The notes under the pieces are model-generated. The model searched no databases and had not been told where the DNA came from. It was given only the letters and a program-made list of their open reading frames with translations. A stretch of DNA of 10,506 bases from Chthoniobacteraceae bacterium (GTDB lineage Bacteria; Verrucomicrobiota; Verrucomicrobiia; Chthoniobacterales; Chthoniobacteraceae), in NCBI GenBank assembly GCA_040081625.1, contig JBEBGD010000149.1, forward strand, positions 1-10,506, written 5' to 3'. Below, one piece after another: positions 1 to 7,719 of the stretch; position 1 is the first letter of the stretch; the number at the start of each line of letters is the position of its first letter. The translations under genes and the position numbers were made by a program.

Positions 1-52
1 CTTCTCCCGCAATGCCGCGCACGCTGCCAGCGCCGCGGCATTGCGGGAGAAG
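1..52. repeat. Perfect 19-bp inverted repeat at window edge (1-19 / 34-52)
   Basis: CTTCTCCCGCAATGCCGCG (1-19) is the exact reverse complement of CGCGGCATTGCGGGAGAAG (34-52). The 14-nt loop holds a further CGCTG/CAGCG pair (22-26/28-32). Confidence 0.9.
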
Positions 53-93
53 TCGGTGGCGCAGACGATGGAGCGCGGCAGAGGATGGTTCAT
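1..93 (-). CDS. Universal stress protein (Usp family), N-terminal fragment truncated by window edge
   Basis: Not in the ORF track. Manual translation from ATG at 93-91 gives MNHPLPRSIVCATDFSRNAAALAACAALREK; IVCATDFS matches the canonical Usp N-terminal beta-strand motif (ILVxTDFS). It starts 33 bp downstream of the kinase stop on the same strand. The last ~10 codons may be a fold-back artefact. Confidence 0.7.
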   Translation of the reverse strand, partial: MNHPLPRSIVCATDFSRNAAALAACAALREK

Positions 94-126
94 GCGACGA
101 CGGTCATAGCCCCACTTGGCTACATG

Positions 127-2295
127 TCACACGTCGAGGCAGCGCCGGACGGTCTCCAGCAGCAGCGCCGGCGTGGTTGGCTTCTGGATGAAGTTCTGTC
201 CTTCCTTGAGCGAGAGCTCCTTGCCGGCCATCTCCGGCGTGTAGCCGCTGGTGAAGATGACGCGCAGCCCGGGGTTGCGCGCGTGCATGAGCGAGGCGAG
301 CTCCCGGCCGCTGATGCCATTGGGCATCACCATGTCGGTGAAGAGCAGGTCGATCGACGCGTGATGCTTGTCCCACACCTCCATCGCCTCGACGCCGTGG
401 GAGGCTTCGAGCACGTTGTAGCCGACCCGCTCGAGCACGACGCGCGTCAATCTGCGGACGGCCCGCTCGTCCTCGACCAGCAGGATCGTCTCCGTGCCGC
501 CGCGCGGCTTGGGTCGCTCCGCAGGTGCTTCCACCTCCAGGCGGGCCGCGTCGGTGGCGCGGAGGAAAATCTGGAACGTCGTGCCGGTTCCCACTTTGCT
601 CTCGAGCGAGATTGCGCCGCCGTGTTGCTTGATGATGCCGAAGACGGTGGCCAGCCCGAGGCCGGTGCCTTTGCCCGGATCCTTGGTCGTGAAGAACGGC
701 TCGAAGATCCGCGCCATGCATTCCGGCGGGATGCCGCAGCCGGTGTCGGCGACACTCAGCCAGACATGGCGGCCAGCCGAGGCGTCGGGAATCGATGACG
801 CTTCCTCCTCAGAGAAGGTTTTCTCCCCGGTATTGATGAAAAGGCGTCCACCGCCGGGCATCGCATCGCGGGCGTTGACGACGAGATTGAGCAGCACCTG
901 GTCGAGCATCCCGGAATCGGCGCGCGTGATGAGCGGGCGCGAGTGGAGATTGAGCTGAAGGTGAACGTCCTCGCCGACGATGCGCTGGAGCATGTTGGTG
1001 AGACTGGTGACGATTTCATTCAGGTCGAGCTGGCGCGGCTGGATGACCTGCCGGCGGCTGAAGGCGAGCAGTTGCCGCGTGAGGTTCGCCGCGCGGTCGG
1101 TGGCGGCCTTGATGTCCTCGATCAACTCGCGCGTCTCCGGCGGCGGATTCGTGACCGTGAGGGCGAGCTCGGCCTGCATCATGATCGCGGCGAGAATGTT
1201 GTTGAAGTCGTGCGCCACGCCGCCGGCGAGCTGCCCGATGGCTTCCATCTTCTGCGACTGGCGGAATTGCGTCTCGAGGTGCCGCTGCTCGGTGATGTCC
1301 TCCGCCGTGCCGACGACCCGGGTGACCTCTCCCGATTCGTCGAGAACCGGGAAACCGCGATCGTGAATCCAGTGCACCGTGCCGTCCGCGCGCAGGATGC
1401 GATACGTCTCGTCGTATTCGCCGCTCGTCAGTCGCGTCTCCAGCGCATGCATTACGCGTTCGCGATCGTCGGGATGCACCGCGTCCAGCCAGGTGCGCGG
1501 GGATTCGTAAAGGCTGGCGCAAGTGCGGCCCCAGATTTTTTCGTAAGCCGGGCTCACGTAGAGCACGCGTCCGGAGGCGGGATCGTTGATCCAGAAGACT
1601 TCCTGGATGTTCTCCGCCAACTGCCGGAAGCGCTCCTCGGTCGCCCGCAGATCCCGCCCCGTCTGCTGTTCGTCCTCGAGCACGCTCAGGAGCGCGAGCC
1701 GGGATTTTTCGCCCAGCGCGAGCAGCCGATCTTTCTCCTCCTCGGTCTGGCGCAGCAGCGCCTCGGCTAGCTCTCGTTTCCCGGCCTCGGCCTTCAGCTC
1801 GATCCCACGCCGGTGCAGCTCGAGCTGTGTGACGACGAGGCGGCTGAGCACGCGCAACGCGGCCGTCTGCGCGGCGGTCAATTGCCGCGGGGTGCGGTCG
1901 ATCACGCAGATCGTCCCGAGCGCGTGGCCGTCGTGCGTGATCAGGGATGCGCCGGCGTAGAACTGAATGTTCGGGTCGGAAATCACGAGCGCGTTGTCGG
2001 CGAAGCGGGCATCATTCCGGGCGTCATTCACCTCGAGCACCACTCCCGTTTCCAGAATCGTGTGTGAGCAAAAGGAGAGTTCGCGCGGCGTCTCGGAGAC
2101 ATCCAGCCCGACGCGGGATTTGAACCACTGACGCGTCTCATCGATCAGCGAGATCAGCGCGATCGGCGTCTCGCAGAGCTGCGCGGCGAGGCGCGTGAGG
2201 TCGTCGAGTGAGGCGTCCGGCGGCGTGTCGAGCACGTCGTAGCTCCGCAGCGCTTTGAGCCGCTGCGCCTCGTTCGGGGGCAGGGGTGCTTTCAT
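127..2295 (-). CDS. Cytoplasmic hybrid sensor histidine kinase/response regulator (GAF-coiled coil-PAS/PAC-HisKA-HATPase-REC; CckA/NtrB-like kinase core)
   Basis: N-terminal GAF signature (PPNEAQRLKALRSYDVLDT...ETPRELSFCSHTI...IQFYAGASL), PAS/PAC (EERFRQLAENIQEVFW...YVSPAYEKIWG...DITEQR), H-box GGVAHDFNNIL (H362), N-box QVLLNLVVNARDAM, G1 DTGCGI, F/G2 FEPFFTTK.GKGTGLGL, receiver LLVEDE...FTD(654)MVMP...TSGY...QKP. No TM segment. Confidence 0.95.
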   Translation of the reverse strand: MKAPLPPNEAQRLKALRSYDVLDTPPDASLDDLTRLAAQLCETPIALISLIDETRQWFKSRVGLDVSETPRELSFCSHTILETGVVLEVNDARNDARFADNALVISDPNIQFYAGASLITHDGHALGTICVIDRTPRQLTAAQTAALRVLSRLVVTQLELHRRGIELKAEAGKRELAEALLRQTEEEKDRLLALGEKSRLALLSVLEDEQQTGRDLRATEERFRQLAENIQEVFWINDPASGRVLYVSPAYEKIWGRTCASLYESPRTWLDAVHPDDRERVMHALETRLTSGEYDETYRILRADGTVHWIHDRGFPVLDESGEVTRVVGTAEDITEQRHLETQFRQSQKMEAIGQLAGGVAHDFNNILAAIMMQAELALTVTNPPPETRELIEDIKAATDRAANLTRQLLAFSRRQVIQPRQLDLNEIVTSLTNMLQRIVGEDVHLQLNLHSRPLITRADSGMLDQVLLNLVVNARDAMPGGGRLFINTGEKTFSEEEASSIPDASAGRHVWLSVADTGCGIPPECMARIFEPFFTTKDPGKGTGLGLATVFGIIKQHGGAISLESKVGTGTTFQIFLRATDAARLEVEAPAERPKPRGGTETILLVEDERAVRRLTRVVLERVGYNVLEASHGVEAMEVWDKHHASIDLLFTDMVMPNGISGRELASLMHARNPGLRVIFTSGYTPEMAGKELSLKEGQNFIQKPTTPALLLETVRRCLDV

Positions 2296-5084
2296 GGCTG
2301 GATCAGGCTCGGGTAGCGTGGCGGCTGCCCGCGTTCGGCCATCAGCGCGTTGATCTCGGCCTTGAGCCGCGCCACACGATCTTCTCGGGCGAGCATCACG
2401 TCCTGCCAGCGCAGGAGTTCGTCGAGTTGTCCGCGGGCATTCTCGTCCACTTGCCGGCGCTCGGCTTCGCGCTTTGCGACTTCGAGCGCGAAGGAGATGT
2501 CCGTCGCGAGTTCGTCGAGCAGGCGCAATTCTTCCGCATCGAAAAATCCCGCGTCACCGGCGTAGAGATTGAAGGTGCCGATCACCGTCTCCTTGAACTT
2601 CAAGGGCAGCGAGGCCATCGCTCGGTAGCCGCGCTTCGCGGCAGCGTCGCGCCATCCGGCCGCTTGCGGATCGTGCTCGATGTCGTTGCAGACGCCGTGC
2701 TGGCCGGTCTGCAGCGCGATCATCGTGAAGGCGCAATCCGACTCGCCCTGTTCCTCGCCGATGAGCGTGTCGAGGACGCGCACCGTGCGGTCGCTCGCGC
2801 CTGCGTGCGCGGCGATCCTGAGCGCCCGCCCCGGCTCGTCGTCGAGGCCGATCCACGCCATTCTGAACTGCCCCTTCTCGACGGCGATCCGGCAGGCGGC
2901 GGAGAGCATCGCCTGTGTGTCCTTCTCGCGGACGATCGTCTGGTTGATGTCGCTCAAGACGACATAGACGCGGTTGAGCTGGCGGATGCGTTCCTCGGCC
3001 TTCCGGCGGTGCGTGATGTCGCGTGTGATGCCGAGCAAGGCGGTGACGCGACCGCCTGCGTCGCGCAGCGGAGCGGCGTGCGTCTCGAGCCAGCGGCGCG
3101 TGCCAGTGAGGCCGATGGATTCGAACTCATAGAACCCCTTTCCGCCCTGCATGACCTCCCGGTGCAAGGCCGCGAACCCTTCGCGATACTCCTCGCCGAT
3201 CCACTCGAGGAGGGGGCGCTCCAGCACCTGTTCGAGGCTGTGGCATTCGAGCATCGCGAGACCGGCCGCATTCATCTCGATCAGCCGTCCGTCCGCGGCG
3301 ACGATCTTCACGCACTCCGGCTCGGACTCGACGATGGTGCGGAAGCGCTCCTCGCTCGCCCGCAGCGTTTCATTCGCCTCGACCAGGCTCGTGATGTCCA
3401 TGGACACGACCAGCACCGCGGGCTGGCCGGGCGAGAACTCCATCGGGTATTTGCGCGTGCGGTAATGGAGCGTGCGGCCTTCGCGGGTCAGGCCGGTCTC
3501 GATGGTTTCCAGCATCGTGCCGGAGTCGATCACCGCGCGGTCGTCGGCGAGCCACTTACGGATGTCCTCGGGGTCGAAGCCCAGTTCGTGGTGCAGTTCG
3601 TCCTGCCGCCGGCCTACCAAATCCTGCGGCGAGAGCCCGTAGAAGCGGGCCGTCGCTTCATTCGCCATGAGGATGCGCGACTCGCGGTCCTTCACGAAGA
3701 TCGTGTTCTCGTTTGCGTCCAGCACGCGACGCAGCACTTGCTGCTGCTGGCCGAGAGTGGCTTCCGCCTGCATCCGGCTGGTGCTGTCGCGCGCCACCAC
3801 GAGGTAGCCGGTCTGCGCGCGGGCGTCGTCGCGGATGGAGGTGATGTTCACGCTCGCCCAAAAACGCGAGCCGTCCGAGCGCACGCGCCAGCCTTCGAGA
3901 TCGACGCTGCCACTCTGCGCGGCGGCCTGCAGGTCGAGCGCGGGTTGCTTCCGCGCGATGTCGGCTTCGGTGTAGAAGGACGAAAATTCTCGCCCCTTGA
4001 GCTCCGCTTCCGTCCAGCCGCGGAGACTCTCGGCGCCAGGGTTCCAGTTCGCGACGCGTCCGTCCGCATCGAGCAGCAGGATCGCGTGGTCCTTCACGTT
4101 TTCGACGAGCAGCGAGTAGCGGCGATCGCTTTCGAGTTGCCGCCCCATCGCGTGGAACGCCGCCCGTTGCGACGACGCACCGACGTAGTGGAGCAACCCG
4201 AAGCTCAGCGGCAGGACGACGACGAAGATGAGCGCGATCCCCGCGCCCCATGGGAGCGCTGCGGCGCGAATCTCCGAGTCCACCGTGCGCGCGGGCAGGT
4301 GAACGGCGATGAGTGCGTCCAGCCGCAGGCTGTAGGCATACGCGGCAAGTTGGCGCTCGCCCTCCGAGTTCCGATTGCGTCCGGCCCAGTCGGTGCGCGC
4401 CTTGATCAGGTCGGACACCGTGCGCGGTGAACCGTCCTCCGACGGGACGGGTGTCCCACCCACGAAGACACCGGCCTTTTCCGGCCGCCGCGTATTGAGC
4501 AGCAGCTTGCCGTCGGCTCCGATGACGCAGAGGTAGTTGTCGCGATACTGGCTGGGCGAATGGCGCCAGAGTTGCGCCAGCCTTTCGAGCGCCGCTGCCT
4601 CGTCGAACTCGGACGCGACCGCCATTTCCAGCATGTGCGCGAGGTCGAGGCTTCCCTTGAGCAGGCGGTTCGTCACGGCGTCGCGGCTGTTCGTGTAGGC
4701 GAAGTAGCCCAGGACCGCGCACCCGAGCAGCGACACCAGCGCGAGGAGGACGGAGTGTTGCTTGAGCCGGTCCAGCGCTCCGATGCCGAGTTGCTCCGGC
4801 GAAGCGTTCGCGTCGGCGCTCCGCATCTGCCAGCGGAGCAGCAGGGTCAGCCCGATCGCCATCAGCAGCGACACCGTCAGTGCGATGCACTCCGACACCG
4901 GGTCAGGGGTCTGCTTGCCGATCAGCGCTGCGCTCATCAAGAGGGCCTTCCGCCCGAGCATCAGCGTGATCGCCACCGCGACAAAAACCCAGCCCGCGCG
5001 CCGCTGCCGCACTGCGAGCCGCACCGCAAGCGTCACCGCCCACGCCTGCACGAGCATCGATGTCGCGAGGATTCCTTCTGCCAT
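2292..5084 (-). CDS. Membrane multi-sensor protein without output domain (3 N-terminal TMs + TM-Cache-like extracytoplasmic domain-TM + 3 PAS/PAC + GAF + C-terminal coiled-coil tail)
   Basis: Hydrophobic helices at about aa 5-25, 31-55, 65-84, 113-131 and 277-302. PAS1 (YSLLVENVKDHAILLLDADGRVANWNPGAE...EGWRVRSDGSRFWA), PAS2 (VLDANENTIFVKDRESRILMANEA...MDIT), PAS3 (EERFRTIVESEPECVKIV...RDITHRR), GAF (RVYVVLSDINQTIVR...AWIG...SLPL...FNLYA...DISFAL). No H-box, GGDEF, EAL or HD-GYP motif. Stop overlaps the kinase start (ATGA at 2292-2295). Confidence 0.88.
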   Translation of the reverse strand: MAEGILATSMLVQAWAVTLAVRLAVRQRRAGWVFVAVAITLMLGRKALLMSAALIGKQTPDPVSECIALTVSLLMAIGLTLLLRWQMRSADANASPEQLGIGALDRLKQHSVLLALVSLLGCAVLGYFAYTNSRDAVTNRLLKGSLDLAHMLEMAVASEFDEAAALERLAQLWRHSPSQYRDNYLCVIGADGKLLLNTRRPEKAGVFVGGTPVPSEDGSPRTVSDLIKARTDWAGRNRNSEGERQLAAYAYSLRLDALIAVHLPARTVDSEIRAAALPWGAGIALIFVVVLPLSFGLLHYVGASSQRAAFHAMGRQLESDRRYSLLVENVKDHAILLLDADGRVANWNPGAESLRGWTEAELKGREFSSFYTEADIARKQPALDLQAAAQSGSVDLEGWRVRSDGSRFWASVNITSIRDDARAQTGYLVVARDSTSRMQAEATLGQQQQVLRRVLDANENTIFVKDRESRILMANEATARFYGLSPQDLVGRRQDELHHELGFDPEDIRKWLADDRAVIDSGTMLETIETGLTREGRTLHYRTRKYPMEFSPGQPAVLVVSMDITSLVEANETLRASEERFRTIVESEPECVKIVAADGRLIEMNAAGLAMLECHSLEQVLERPLLEWIGEEYREGFAALHREVMQGGKGFYEFESIGLTGTRRWLETHAAPLRDAGGRVTALLGITRDITHRRKAEERIRQLNRVYVVLSDINQTIVREKDTQAMLSAACRIAVEKGQFRMAWIGLDDEPGRALRIAAHAGASDRTVRVLDTLIGEEQGESDCAFTMIALQTGQHGVCNDIEHDPQAAGWRDAAAKRGYRAMASLPLKFKETVIGTFNLYAGDAGFFDAEELRLLDELATDISFALEVAKREAERRQVDENARGQLDELLRWQDVMLAREDRVARLKAEINALMAERGQPPRYPSLIQP

Positions 5085-5121
5085 GATCTCCCTACATCTC
5101 TGCGGACGGACTCATGACACG

Positions 5122-5150
5122 ATGCTACCGAGCTTCGGGACGGCTGTCCA
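5122..5150 (-). promoter_or_regulatory. Putative sigma70-type promoter for the sensor/kinase/Usp operon (TGGACA-N17-TAGCAT)
   Basis: Minus strand: -35 TGGACA (5150-5145; 5/6 match to TTGACA), exactly 17-nt spacer, -10 TAGCAT (5127-5122; conserved T, A and final T). It ends 37 nt upstream of ATG 5084. An SD-like AGGGAG lies at 5093-5088. Confidence 0.6.
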
Positions 5151-5210
5151 CGGCGGGTTTCGTGGGTTCATTCGCTTCCGACGTAGCCAGTTCCGCACCC
5201 CATCCCGCGC

Positions 5211-5902
5211 CTATTTTCCGAGCGCTTTCCGGATCTCCGCCGCGACCTGTCCGGCGAGCGCCTTGCTCCCCTCATCGGTGAAGTGGACGTTCTTCTCCCG
5301 CTGTGTGTCGGGCTTGGCGACGACGACCGCGTGCAGATCGTCGATGGCGACGCCCTCGGCCTTCATCACGCCCGCCGCCGCGGCATTGTATTTCACCTCG
5401 TCGCCGGGGACGCGCCCGTCGCTGCCCGCGGGCACGGGAGTGGTCGTGGCCCAGATCAGCTTCGCGCCGGTGGTCTTGAGCTTAGCCACGATGGCACTCA
5501 GGTTCTTCGCGTAAGCATCGATTGCGTTCACCTGCGGGCCGGTCAGGTCGAGCTTGCCGTCCTTGAGGTGCTTGAGGTCGTGCAGGCCCCAGTTGAAATG
5601 GATAGCGTCCCACTTCTTCCCCGCACCGCCGGTCGCGAGCCACGCGTCGAGATTCTTGAGGCCCGCGTCGGACGAACTGCCGTTGGTCGGTATGCGATGC
5701 ACGTTCGCGACGCCCTTGAGCAGTTCACGCGTCGGCAGCGTGTAGCCGATCGAGATCGAATCCCCGATGATGAGCACCCGCGGCAGCCCGGCGACATCCT
5801 CGATCGGCGCGAGCGCGGGGCTGGGCTTGCGAGCCGCGGGCTTCGGGGCCTGCGCGAAGGAGAGGGTCGTGAGCGCGAGGAGCGTGAGGGAGATGCGGTG
5901 GA

Positions 5903-5906
<4 letters not shown>
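5211..5906 (-). CDS. Secreted SGNH/GDSL hydrolase (esterase) family protein, 231 aa
   Basis: The true start is likely ATG 5906 ([20 protein letters not shown], Sec signal peptide-like), overlapping the permease stop (ATGA 5903-5906). Block [14 protein letters not shown], block II NGSS, block III FNWGLHD, block V NVHF. The first 246 aa of the listed 477-aa ORF are alternate-frame overlap with the permease. Confidence 0.9.
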
Positions 5907-7624
<1,718 letters not shown>

Positions 7625-7719
7625 CGAAAAGGTGAAATGGCGAACCGCGGGCGACGAGGGAAGCACGAATCGAATAATTGCTTTCGCCGCGTGCTGTTCG
7701 CGCCACTCTCACGGTCCCG

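Noticed and set aside
2280..2310. Possible frameshifted single giant kinase (pseudogene or programmed frameshift)
   Set aside because: The junction is a standard ATGA overlap between complete domains, the downstream gene has a typical GAF-protein N-terminus, and no obvious slippery run is present. Read-level checking is still advisable.
2286..4430. 714-aa plus-strand ORF and other long antisense ORFs (85-798, 943-1770, 5283-5924, 6893-8167, 7723-8511, 8527-9171)
   Set aside because: They lie opposite well-supported genes and have no recognisable motifs. Long shadow ORFs are expected in high-GC DNA with strong codon bias.
5151..5210. Terminator or ncRNA between the SGNH gene and the sensor promoter
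   Set aside because: No convincing stem followed by a U-tract on the minus strand, and no recognisable riboswitch or tRNA motif.
7625..7719. Operator/promoter candidates in the 95-bp divergent intergenic region (AAGCA-N13-TGCTT at 7661-7683 enclosing CGAAT x2)
   Set aside because: Divergent promoters must be here, but the 5-bp arms are too short to be significant and no -35/-10 pair with proper spacing was found.
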